Made by a program: the position numbers and the translations under genes. A DNA stretch of 51,327 nucleotides from positions 1-51,327 of IMG/VR virus record IMGVR_UViG_3300043640_000192. One strand, written 5' to 3'. This document shows, one piece after another, positions 1 through 8,260 of the stretch. Every line of letters starts with the position of its first letter. Position 1 is the stretch's first letter. A model generated the notes under the pieces. It searched no databases and had not been told where the DNA came from. It was given only the letters and a program-made list of their open reading frames with translations. Source of the DNA: a virus.

Positions 1-117
1 AGGTGCTGGATGACCCGGACCAGCCGTGGAACCCGATGCGGGCCCGGATCTACTTCTACGGCCGGCAGATGTCCCGCGACGAGCTGTTCCACATCCGGGC
101 GTTCAGCGTGCCGGGGA
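1..117. repeat. Terminal overlap copy 1 (identical to 51211-51327); marks a circular/permuted assembly
   Basis: Read directly: 'aggtgctggatgacccggaccagccgtgg...ttcagcgtgccgggga' occurs at both window ends and lies inside the portal ORF. Unit length is 51210 bp. Confidence 0.95.
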
Positions 118-995
118 AGCTGGCGGGGCTGTCACCGCTGCGGCTGTTCATGAACCTGATCAGCTCCGGGAACGACGCGCTGGAGTACGGCGCGTCGTGG
201 TACCGGGCGGGCGGCTGGCCGCCGGGGACGTTCCAGAACTCCGAGACCGAGGTTGAGCCGGAGCAGGCGAACGAGATCCGTAACCGGCTGACCCAGGCGA
301 TCCGCCGCCGCGAGCCGCTGGTGTACGGCCGGGACTGGGACTACAAGCCGGTATCGGTGCCGCCGTCGGAGGCGCAGTTCATCGAGGCGATGCAGCTGAA
401 CGCCACCCAGATCGCGGCGGTCCTGGGGCTGCCCCCGGAGCGGATCGGCGGCAAGCGCGGCGACTCGCTCACCTATTCGACGCAGGAGGACGAGTCGATC
501 TCGCTGATCACCGACACGCTGCGGCCGTGGCTGGTGCGGATCGAGACGGCCCTGTTCGACGTGCTGCCCGCGCAGCAGTACGTGCGGTTCAACGCGGACG
601 CGATGCTGAAGACGAACACCGAGACGCGGCACAAGATCTACCAGGTGGACCGGGACATCGGCCTGAAGACGGTCAATGAGATCCGGGAGCTCGAGGAGAT
701 GGAGCCGCTCGCGGGCGGCGGGGTCGGAACGGACCCGCTGCCGCTGCAGGTGCTGGTGGCGATGGCCCGCGGCATCAAGGAGATCCCGAAGTCCTTCGAG
801 CAGCTGGTGACCGAGGGGCCGGCGGACCAGCTGGCACGGGAGCAGGCGGCGGTGCTGGCGAAGGAAGCCGCCGCGCAGCCCGCCGCCCCGCCCCCGCCGG
901 TGTACCCCGCGGCCCCGGCCGCGGTGAACGGGAGCGGGGCGCCAGTGAACGGGAAGGCCCCGGCGATGAACGGGAACGGGAACGGACATGGCTGA
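3..995 (+). CDS. Portal protein, C-terminal part (HK97-family portal)
   Basis: ORF track 330 aa. The ORF is open at the window start and is followed by protease and capsid genes in the canonical order. Confidence 0.85.
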   Translation: MLDDPDQPWNPMRARIYFYGRQMSRDELFHIRAFSVPGKLAGLSPLRLFMNLISSGNDALEYGASWYRAGGWPPGTFQNSETEVEPEQANEIRNRLTQAIRRREPLVYGRDWDYKPVSVPPSEAQFIEAMQLNATQIAAVLGLPPERIGGKRGDSLTYSTQEDESISLITDTLRPWLVRIETALFDVLPAQQYVRFNADAMLKTNTETRHKIYQVDRDIGLKTVNEIRELEEMEPLAGGGVGTDPLPLQVLVAMARGIKEIPKSFEQLVTEGPADQLAREQAAVLAKEAAAQPAAPPPPVYPAAPAAVNGSGAPVNGKAPAMNGNGNGHG

Positions 996-1941
996 GCTTT
1001 CGACCGGCTCCATCAATGACCTGCCGGACGCCGATTTCGCCTTCATCGAGAGCGGCGGCACGAAGGACAGCTCAGGGAAGACCACGCCGCGGTCGCTGCG
1101 GCACTTCCCGATCCACGACGCCGCGCACGTCCGTAACGCGCTGGCGCGGGCCCCGCAATCACCGTTTGGAGACAAGGCGATGCCGAAGATCAGGGCAGCA
1201 GCTGCGAAGTTCGGCGTGACCGTCAGCGATTCCGGCCGGGCTGCCGCCGACCCGGCGGGTGAGCCGGAACGCCGGTACACGCCGGGTCTCATCGAGACGC
1301 GGGCCGCGGCGGACGGCCAGAAGATCGGCGGCTACGGCGCGGTGTTCGGGAAACTGTCCCGCAACCTCGGCGGGTTCGTCGAGCAGGTCGGCACGGGCGC
1401 GTTCAACCAGTCCCGCGCGCTCGGCTGGCCGAACGTGATCTGCCGGTACAACCACGACGCGAACATGGTGCTCGGCACGACCGCCGGCCAGACCCTGCAG
1501 CTGCGCACCGACGGCACCGGCCTGGACTACGAGGTGGACCCGCCGAAGGCCCGCGCCGACATCCTCGAGCTCGTCCAGCGCCACGACATCCAGTTCAGCT
1601 CGTTCGCGTTCCGGGTGCCGCCGGGTGGTGACGAGTGGTCGGTGACGGACCAGAACTACCCGATGCGGACCCTGCACGAGGTGCAGCTGGTGGACGTTGC
1701 CCCGGTGCTCGATCCCGCCTATCCCGACGCGAGTGCGGGGCTGCGGTCGCTGGCGCTGGCGAAGGAAGTGGAGCTCGAGGAGGTCGTCAGCCTGGCCGCG
1801 CAGGACGAGCTGCGCCGGTTCTTCATCCGCACCGACAACCGGGGTGCCCCGGTGAAGCCGCCGCAGCCGAAGATCACCGGGGCGGCCGCGATGATGAAGC
1901 TGATGGAGAAGCGCCGCGACCCGTTCGCTGACCAGGGGTAA
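988..1941 (+). CDS. Prohead (capsid maturation) protease, HK97/S78 family, with N-terminal extension
   Basis: 'GGYGAVFGKLSRNLGGFVEQVGTGAF...RYNHDANMVLGTT...LDYEVDPP...SSFAF' matches the HK97 protease pattern. The gene sits between portal and capsid. Confidence 0.85.
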   Translation: MAELSTGSINDLPDADFAFIESGGTKDSSGKTTPRSLRHFPIHDAAHVRNALARAPQSPFGDKAMPKIRAAAAKFGVTVSDSGRAAADPAGEPERRYTPGLIETRAAADGQKIGGYGAVFGKLSRNLGGFVEQVGTGAFNQSRALGWPNVICRYNHDANMVLGTTAGQTLQLRTDGTGLDYEVDPPKARADILELVQRHDIQFSSFAFRVPPGGDEWSVTDQNYPMRTLHEVQLVDVAPVLDPAYPDASAGLRSLALAKEVELEEVVSLAAQDELRRFFIRTDNRGAPVKPPQPKITGAAAMMKLMEKRRDPFADQG

Positions 1942-2024
1942 CGCGCTTTCACAACTGAATACCGAGGGCAGGCAACGCAACCACCCTCACGGCCAGTCAC
2001 CAGCACAAACTGAAGGGGAAGTCC

Positions 2025-3293
2025 GTGAGTGAGGTTGCGAAGAGGCTCCGTGACAGGCGCCTGAACGTGTGGAACGAGGCACGCAAGTACGTCGAGGACG
2101 CCGCCGATGAGAACCGCGAGATGACGCCGGAGGAGAACGGCGCCTGGGCGCGGCACATGGAGGAACTCGACAAGATCGACGAGAAGATCGGCGGCGTCCT
2201 CAAGGCCGAGAAGCGGTCGTCGGACACCGACGCCGCGTTCGACGCGATCGGCCGCAAGCCCGTCGAGCGCCGCGCCGGGGACGGTGCCTCCGCCGGGGGC
2301 TACGCGGACAGCAGCGGCAAGGACGCCGCCGCGGAGATCCGGGCGTTCCTGCGCGGCGAGACGAAGGCCGTCGAGCTGGCGCACAACACCGAGGGCCTCG
2401 GCCCGCTGAACTACCGCACCCTGCTGTCCAACACCGGCACGCCGACGGCGATCGTGCCGACCGACTTCTACGACCGGCTGATCGCCCACCTCATCGAGGT
2501 CAGCGGCATCATGCAGGCCGGGCCGACGGTGCTGAACACCGAGGGCGGCGAGACGCTGCAGATCCCGAAGACCACCGGCCACTCGACGGCGGCACTGACC
2601 GCCCAGTCCGGGACCCTGCCGACGTCCGACCCGGCGTTCGCGCTGTCCACCCTGACGTCGTTCAAGTACGGCATCATGCTGCAGCTCGGCCGTGAGCTGA
2701 TCGATGACTCCGGGGTGGACCTGATCGGCTACCTGGCCATGCAGGCCGGGCGTGCGGTCGGGAACGCGTTCGGCACCGACCTGGTCAACGGCAACGGCTC
2801 GTCCAAGCCTGCGGGCCTGATCTTCGCCACGTCGGCATCGCCGGGCGTGACGGGCGCCACCACCGGCCTGGCAGGTGCGCCGACGTACGCGAACCTGGTG
2901 GACCTGGAGTACTCGGTGATCGCCCCGTACCGCCAGTCCCGGTCGTGCTACTGGATGGCGGCGGACAAGACGATCGGCGGGTTCCGCAAGATCGTGGACG
3001 GGAACCAGCGCCCGATCTGGGAGCCGTCGGCGGTGCTGGGGTCGCCTGACCTGCTGCTGGGCAAGCCGATCGTCGCTGACCCGTTCATCCCGGCGTCGAC
3101 GACTGGCGCGTTCAGCGTCGCGTTCGGCGACTTCAGCCAGTTCTTCGTCCGGCTGGTTGGCGGGGTGCGGTTCGAGCGGTCGGACGACTTCGCGTTCGGC
3201 ACGGACCTGGTGACGTTCCGCTGCCTGCTCCGCGGTGACGGGGCGCTGGTCGATACCAACGCCGTGAAGCTCTACAAGGCCCCGACCACCTAA
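2025..3293 (+). CDS. Major capsid protein, HK97 fold
   Basis: 422 aa with an N-terminal coiled-coil delta-like domain rich in E/K/R, followed by an HK97-like body. Position is directly after the protease. SD 'gaagggga' lies upstream of the GTG start. Confidence 0.85.
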   Translation: MSEVAKRLRDRRLNVWNEARKYVEDAADENREMTPEENGAWARHMEELDKIDEKIGGVLKAEKRSSDTDAAFDAIGRKPVERRAGDGASAGGYADSSGKDAAAEIRAFLRGETKAVELAHNTEGLGPLNYRTLLSNTGTPTAIVPTDFYDRLIAHLIEVSGIMQAGPTVLNTEGGETLQIPKTTGHSTAALTAQSGTLPTSDPAFALSTLTSFKYGIMLQLGRELIDDSGVDLIGYLAMQAGRAVGNAFGTDLVNGNGSSKPAGLIFATSASPGVTGATTGLAGAPTYANLVDLEYSVIAPYRQSRSCYWMAADKTIGGFRKIVDGNQRPIWEPSAVLGSPDLLLGKPIVADPFIPASTTGAFSVAFGDFSQFFVRLVGGVRFERSDDFAFGTDLVTFRCLLRGDGALVDTNAVKLYKAPTT

Positions 3294-3569
3294 ATGTCGA
3301 ACCGCCGCCGCGTCAGGCAGCCCAGCGCGGGGCGGCAGCCGTGCGCACGCTGCGGCCGGGGCATCCGTCCCGGCCGCGGCGGCGCGGGCCTGCCTGACGG
3401 CCGGGCGGTGTGCGAGGCGTGCGTGGAGGGCGGGGCGCTCATACGGCGCCTGGACTGCGGCTGCGTGGGCATGCCGGGCATGACGATCATCCGTGAGGGC
3501 GGCATGTTCCGCTGCGCGAGGCATGTGTCCGCGGAGACCGCGGAGTACCTGACGACAAGGAAGGGCTGA
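3294..3569 (+). CDS. Cys-rich small protein (zinc-ribbon-like), unknown function
   Basis: ATG directly follows the capsid stop. High GC3 by eye. Contains CxxC pairs (CARCG, CEAC). Confidence 0.6.
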   Translation: MSNRRRVRQPSAGRQPCARCGRGIRPGRGGAGLPDGRAVCEACVEGGALIRRLDCGCVGMPGMTIIREGGMFRCARHVSAETAEYLTTRKG

Positions 3570-3573
3570 TCCC

Positions 3574-4089
3574 GTGACCACACCCAGTCCCGGATATGAC
3601 GGCGCGCCGTCGCGTGAGACCCCTGGTTATTCCGGCACGGCCCGCGGTGGTGACGCGACGGCTGAGCCTGGCCAGTACCCGGGTTCCCTGTTCGGCGTGG
3701 CCCTCCCGCCGGGTACCGGCGCCCCCGGCACCGCGGGCGCGTCCGGCGGGACTGACCCGACGAATGAGCCGGGGCAGCTGAACGAGGGGATCTCCGGTGA
3801 GGGCCCGGCGCAGACCGCTGACACGGGCGCGCCGGGGTCGGCTGGCGCGCAGGCCAGCGACGGCGGCGCGGACACGGTGAAGTTCACCCGGCCCGGCTCC
3901 TACCTGTCGGGCTCCTACGTGCAGGACACGGTGAACGACGACATCTCCGGCCCGAACGACTGGACGCAGGCGATCGACGGGTCGTACGCGGGCGGCGGCC
4001 CGCAGCTGCCGGGGATCAAGGGGAACGAGCCGACGTCGACCGGGTCCGGGCAGGGCCGGGTCATGCGCGGCGGGAGGAGCGTGAGCTGA
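3574..4089 (+). CDS. Gly/Pro/Thr/Ser-rich low-complexity protein, unknown function (possible virion-surface or glycan-acceptor protein)
   Basis: SD 'aaggaaggg' precedes the GTG start. High GC3. The N-terminal ~100 aa are low complexity. Confidence 0.6.
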   Translation: MTTPSPGYDGAPSRETPGYSGTARGGDATAEPGQYPGSLFGVALPPGTGAPGTAGASGGTDPTNEPGQLNEGISGEGPAQTADTGAPGSAGAQASDGGADTVKFTRPGSYLSGSYVQDTVNDDISGPNDWTQAIDGSYAGGGPQLPGIKGNEPTSTGSGQGRVMRGGRSVS

Positions 4090-4091
4090 GG

Positions 4092-4340
4092 ATGCAGGAT
4101 CTCTCAGGTGAGGCCAGGTTCGGCCCGTGGGCCACGTCGCAGGCCGGCGGCAACATGGTGTCCAGCAACGAGCAGGCGATGACGGCGCCGGGCAGTCAGC
4201 CGTCGGACCCGCTCCCCGACCGTGAGCACCAGGGCGACCCGGCCGTGCAGGCCAGCGCCACGCTGCCGGTGGGCACCGCGCCGTCGCGGCTGCCCATGGC
4301 GTACCAGCCGGTACCCGTGACATGGAAGGCGATGGACTGA
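4092..4340 (+). CDS. Hypothetical protein
   Basis: Track ORF in tight spacing within the late operon. No motif recognised. Confidence 0.5.
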   Translation: MQDLSGEARFGPWATSQAGGNMVSSNEQAMTAPGSQPSDPLPDREHQGDPAVQASATLPVGTAPSRLPMAYQPVPVTWKAMD

Positions 4341-4519
4341 TGGCTACCGCACCTGAGCCGGTCACTGCCGCACCCGACCAGCCCGGCCAGCCCTATGACG
4401 CGGCGGCCGGGGACGGTTCCATGCTCGGCCCGTGGGTGAAGCTGGCCAGCGGCCCGTGTGACATGTCCGGGAAGGTGTCCGGCGACTGGCCGTCGGACAG
4501 CGGCTGGCGGCAGACCTAG
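4340..4519 (+). CDS. Hypothetical protein
   Basis: ATGA stop/start overlap with the upstream gene. Same frame as track ORF 4322..4519. Confidence 0.45.
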   Translation: MATAPEPVTAAPDQPGQPYDAAAGDGSMLGPWVKLASGPCDMSGKVSGDWPSDSGWRQT

Positions 4520-4520
4520 C

Positions 4521-5051
4521 GTGCACCTGCCCTGGCGGCTCGTGGCACCTGGCGCGGGCCCGGGTATCAGCACGTCCGTCACCGCCGCGGAGGCCGCCCG
4601 GCTCCAGGCGCTCGCCGCCGGTAAGCGGGTGCTCGAGGTCGGCAGTGCGTTCGGGTACAGCGCCGTGACGATGGCCCTGGCCGGTGCCCAGGTGACAGCG
4701 GTGGACCCGCACGCCCAGATCGGCGGGTCGTTCGAGGCGATGACAGCCAACCTTGACGCCTACGGGGTGGCAGACCGGGTGGAGATGGTCCGGGAGCCGT
4801 CGCAGACGGCCCTGCCGCGGCTCGCGTCGCAGGACGCCCGGTTCGGGCTGATCTTCATCGACGGGGATCATCGGGCTCCCGGCGTGCGCCATGACATCGA
4901 GCAGGCGCTGAAGCTGCTGGAGCCGGGCGGCGTGCTGGCGGTGCATGACGTGGATGAGTGGTGCTGCTGCCCGGATGTGGGCCACGTGGCGGCGGAGATA
5001 TTCGGTGAGGGCCGCGAGATGGTGGATTCGATGATGCTGGTGAGCCCGTGA
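4521..5051 (+). CDS. Class I SAM-dependent methyltransferase (O-methyltransferase-like)
   Basis: 'VLEVGSAFGYSAVTMA' (SAM motif I) and 'LIFIDGDH'. GTG lies 1 nt after the upstream stop. Confidence 0.7.
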   Translation: MHLPWRLVAPGAGPGISTSVTAAEAARLQALAAGKRVLEVGSAFGYSAVTMALAGAQVTAVDPHAQIGGSFEAMTANLDAYGVADRVEMVREPSQTALPRLASQDARFGLIFIDGDHRAPGVRHDIEQALKLLEPGGVLAVHDVDEWCCCPDVGHVAAEIFGEGREMVDSMMLVSP

Positions 5052-5899
5052 AAGTCCTGGTCACCGGCAGCGCCGGGTTCATCGGCCGTCACCTGTCCGC
5101 CGAGCTGGCGCAGCGCGACCACGAGGTGGTCCCGTTCGACCGGCCGGGCCAGGACATCCGGTCGGCAGACGATACCGAGCGAGCCCTGTATGGCCGCGAC
5201 ATCGGCGCCGTGGTCAACCTGGCCGGGATGCTGGGAACCCCGGAGCTGCTCGGCGCCGAGCAGCAGGCCGCCGAGGTGAACATCCTGGGCGCGCTGAACA
5301 TCTACGACGCGGCGAAGCGTTACGGCGGCGTGCCGGTGGTGCAGATCGGCACCGGCCACAAGGGTCAGCCGAACCCGTACGCGATCACGAAGGCCTGCGC
5401 CGAGGACCTCGGCCTCGCCCGGGCCCGCTGGCTGGGCGAGAAGATCACCGTGGTCCGCGCCTACCACGTGTACGGCCCGGGCCAGATCCCGGGACCGCCG
5501 CACGGCCCCGCCTCGGTGCACAAGTTCTTCCCCACGTTCGCCTGCAACGCCCTCGAGGGCCTCCCGCTGGAGTTGTGCGGCGGCGGCGGCCAGCTCATCG
5601 ACCCGGTGCACGTCTCAGACGTGGCTGTAGCGCTCGCTGACGCGATAGGCGGCCCGTACGGCACGGTGACCGAGGCCGGATGCGGCAAGCCTGTCAGCGT
5701 CGCGCAGGTGGCTGCGGACATCGCCATCGCAGCCCGGTCCGGCTCGGCCGCGCTGGACGGAGCGCCCCGCCCGGGTGAGCCTGACTTCGCCGAGGTGGTC
5801 GCCGCGTCGCCGGTGTGCCGCAACCCGTGGCCCTACCTGGTCCCCGAGACGATCGACTGGTACCGGGAATGGCTGACCAGCCACTCGTCAGCGTCGTAA
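5048..5899 (+). CDS. NAD-dependent epimerase/dehydratase (extended SDR)
   Basis: 'VLVTGSAGFIG' Rossmann motif and 'YAITK' (YxxxK). GTGA overlap with the methyltransferase gene. Confidence 0.8.
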   Translation: MKVLVTGSAGFIGRHLSAELAQRDHEVVPFDRPGQDIRSADDTERALYGRDIGAVVNLAGMLGTPELLGAEQQAAEVNILGALNIYDAAKRYGGVPVVQIGTGHKGQPNPYAITKACAEDLGLARARWLGEKITVVRAYHVYGPGQIPGPPHGPASVHKFFPTFACNALEGLPLELCGGGGQLIDPVHVSDVAVALADAIGGPYGTVTEAGCGKPVSVAQVAADIAIAARSGSAALDGAPRPGEPDFAEVVAASPVCRNPWPYLVPETIDWYREWLTSHSSAS

Positions 5900-6474
5900 C
5901 GCCGACCTGGCGGCGGAACGACCTGCTGATCGGCCGCTGCATCGCCTCCGTCGGCGCCCAGACCCACGCCAGCATCCAGCACGTCGTCGTCTCCGACGGC
6001 CCGGACCCTGCGCTGGCCGCCAGGATGGCTGATCTTGGGGACCTGGTGACCTTCGAGGAACTTCCGGAGCATGACCCGGTCGCCAGGTGGGGCCACCGCG
6101 CCCGGCTGCGCGGCCTGGAACTCGCCAAGGGCGATTACATCGCCTACCTGGACGACGACAACGCGTTCCGCCCAGATCACGTCGCCCGCCTCGCCGCGGC
6201 ACTGGAGGCGGACCCGGGTGCCGGGTTCGCCTACAGCCTGATCCAGATGAACGGCCACGGGCCTGCGTACATCGTCGGGGCGGACCCGCCGTTCTGCGGC
6301 GGCATCGACACGTCCGCGATCATGCACCGCCGCACCCTGCTGGAAACGGCCACGTGGCGGGACGAGGGGTGGCAGGAAACCGTGGACTGGGACCTGGTGG
6401 CCCGCTGGATGTCCGCCGGGATCACCTGGGCGTTCGACGGCGAGATCACCGCCGACTACTACTTCAGCGGCTGA
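5869..6474 (+). CDS. Glycosyltransferase family 2 (GT-A fold)
   Basis: 'VSVVTPTWRR...CIASVGAQT...VVVSDG' and a 'DDD' acidic (DxD-type) motif. ATG at 5869 lies within the 3' end of the epimerase gene. Confidence 0.75.
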   Translation: MADQPLVSVVTPTWRRNDLLIGRCIASVGAQTHASIQHVVVSDGPDPALAARMADLGDLVTFEELPEHDPVARWGHRARLRGLELAKGDYIAYLDDDNAFRPDHVARLAAALEADPGAGFAYSLIQMNGHGPAYIVGADPPFCGGIDTSAIMHRRTLLETATWRDEGWQETVDWDLVARWMSAGITWAFDGEITADYYFSG

Positions 6475-7472
6475 TGAGGATCTTCGCCGGGCACGACGGC
6501 TCCGGCTGCGCCTGGTACCGGGTGATCCTGCCCCTGGAGGAACTGGGCCGCCACGGCCACGATGTGACCCTGGTTTCCGCCGACCAGAGCGACGGCCCGG
6601 GTGTCACTGCCGGCCAGGTCACCGGGCAGGACATCGTCATCGCCCAGCGGTGGGACAACCACGCCGGGATGGGCACCTGGCGGCGGATGGCCGCCCATTC
6701 GAAGCTGGTGTACGAGGTGGACGACGATGTCCAGGCCGTCGAGCCGGTCAACTGGGCCGCGTACACCCGGTACTCCCGGGCCGACGCGCAGGACGCGGTG
6801 GCGCACTCCGCGCAGGTCGCGAACCTGGTCACGGTCACCACGGAGCCGCTCGCCGAGGTGATGCGGGAGCACAACCCGAATGTGGCGGTCCTGCCGAACT
6901 TCATCCCCGGCTGGGTGTGTGACCTGCCGCGGGCCGTCCGGGAACGGCCCCGGGTCGGGTGGATGGGCGGCGCGTCCCACGGCCGGGACATCGGCGTGAT
7001 CGCCGCGCCGCTGCGCCGGTTCCTGAACCGTTTCCCCGGCTGGGACGGGCACCTGGGCGGCGTGGACTACCGGCCTACGATCCGCCATGAGCGGGTCACG
7101 TTCAGCCCCTGGTCACACGTGGTCGCTGACCCGGAGGCGTATTACCAGTCGGTGGACCTGGACATCGGCCTGGCGCCGCTGGTCCTGACGAAGTTCGCCC
7201 GGTCCAAGAGCGCGATCAAGGCGCTGGAGTACGCGGCCCGCGGCATCCCGGTGATCGCGACCGACTCGGAGCCGTACCGGGATTTCGTCCTGCACGGCGT
7301 GACCGGGTTCCTGGTCCGCCGCGACCACGAATGGCTGAAGTACATGTCGGAGCTGGCCGCTGACGGCGGGCTGCGCGAGTCGATGGGCGCGAAGGCCCGC
7401 GAGCTGGCCCGGGCGCACACGATCGAGCACGGATACAAGCTCTGGGAATCCGCCTACGGAGGTCTGCTGTGA
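6474..7472 (+). CDS. GT-B fold glycosyltransferase (GT1/GT4-like)
   Basis: ATGA overlap with the GT2 gene. C-terminal 'KSAIKALEYAARGIPVIATDSEPYRDFVLHGVTGFLV' is a typical GT-B donor-binding region. The track ORF 6087.. is an over-extension. Confidence 0.75.
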   Translation: MRIFAGHDGSGCAWYRVILPLEELGRHGHDVTLVSADQSDGPGVTAGQVTGQDIVIAQRWDNHAGMGTWRRMAAHSKLVYEVDDDVQAVEPVNWAAYTRYSRADAQDAVAHSAQVANLVTVTTEPLAEVMREHNPNVAVLPNFIPGWVCDLPRAVRERPRVGWMGGASHGRDIGVIAAPLRRFLNRFPGWDGHLGGVDYRPTIRHERVTFSPWSHVVADPEAYYQSVDLDIGLAPLVLTKFARSKSAIKALEYAARGIPVIATDSEPYRDFVLHGVTGFLVRRDHEWLKYMSELAADGGLRESMGAKARELARAHTIEHGYKLWESAYGGLL

Positions 7473-7687
7473 AGATCCGGATGCTCGAGGAACGGACCGG
7501 CCCGCGGCACGACGGCCGGATGTGGCCACCGGTCGGCGGCGAGATCGACGTGGACGACGAGGAAGGCGCGGCGGTGTGCGCGGCCGGATGGGCGCAGCCG
7601 GTCGCGCAGGAACGCAAGGCGGAGACCCGGCCCGCGCCGGATGCAGCTGAGAAGCGGACCGCGGCAAAGCCCGCGGCGAAGAGCTAA
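7469..7687 (+). CDS. Hypothetical protein
   Basis: GTGA overlap with the upstream gene. 72 aa. No motif recognised. Confidence 0.5.
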   Translation: MKIRMLEERTGPRHDGRMWPPVGGEIDVDDEEGAAVCAAGWAQPVAQERKAETRPAPDAAEKRTAAKPAAKS

Positions 7688-7701
7688 GGACGGGCTGACA
7701 G

Positions 7702-8217
7702 ATGGCACTGGCACGCGCATACAAGGTCGGCGTCTTCGACACCTCGACCCCCCTGGCCACCGGCGCCACGTCCACGGTGACCACTCCTATCCCGATCCTG
7801 TACGGGGTGACCACGGCCACCGCTGACTGCTACATCTCCGCCGTCCGGTGCAGCGTCCTGGGGGCGGCGGCGTTCCCGTCGAACGCGTCGGTGGTGTTCT
7901 CGCTGAACATCAACACCGGCGCGCAGGCCGGCGGTAACACGGCACTGGCCCGGCAGCTGGCCGGTAACGCGCTGGCCGCGAACACGCTGTTCAAGACGGC
8001 GGGCGGCACGTCCGCGGCGGCGATCACCGGCCTGACGATGACCACTGAGCTGTGGGCGCAGTCGGTGCCGTTCACCGCCGGGTCGAACTGGGGTGAGTGG
8101 AAGACGCCGGGGTTCGAGATCCCGGTCCCCATCTCCACGCAGTTCGCGCTGTTCGTGACGGCGTCGTCTGCGGGGACGGGCACGACGTTCGCCGGCGAGA
8201 TCGAGTTCACTGAGTGA
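7702..8217 (+). CDS. Hypothetical structural protein (predicted beta-rich)
   Basis: Track ORF of 171 aa with Thr/Ala/Ser-rich strand-like composition, located in the head/neck region. Confidence 0.5.
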   Translation: MALARAYKVGVFDTSTPLATGATSTVTTPIPILYGVTTATADCYISAVRCSVLGAAAFPSNASVVFSLNINTGAQAGGNTALARQLAGNALAANTLFKTAGGTSAAAITGLTMTTELWAQSVPFTAGSNWGEWKTPGFEIPVPISTQFALFVTASSAGTGTTFAGEIEFTE

Positions 8218-8260
8218 TGCCCCTCCGGTAGCTGAAGGGAGGTTGTGAGGGGAGGCCGCG

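Noticed and set aside
1-117. The terminal repeat as genuine direct terminal repeats of virion DNA.
   Set aside because: The repeat lies in the middle of the portal coding sequence, and the cos-like region is at 47057-47288. An assembly overlap is the simpler explanation.
6087-7472. 5' over-extended track ORFs, for example 6087..7472, 10044..11270, 24105..25052, 25951..26823, 39039..40025.
   Set aside because: Their upstream parts are junk-like Arg/Pro-rich sequence overlapping the preceding gene. Internal starts with ATGA/GTGA coupling give sensible proteins.
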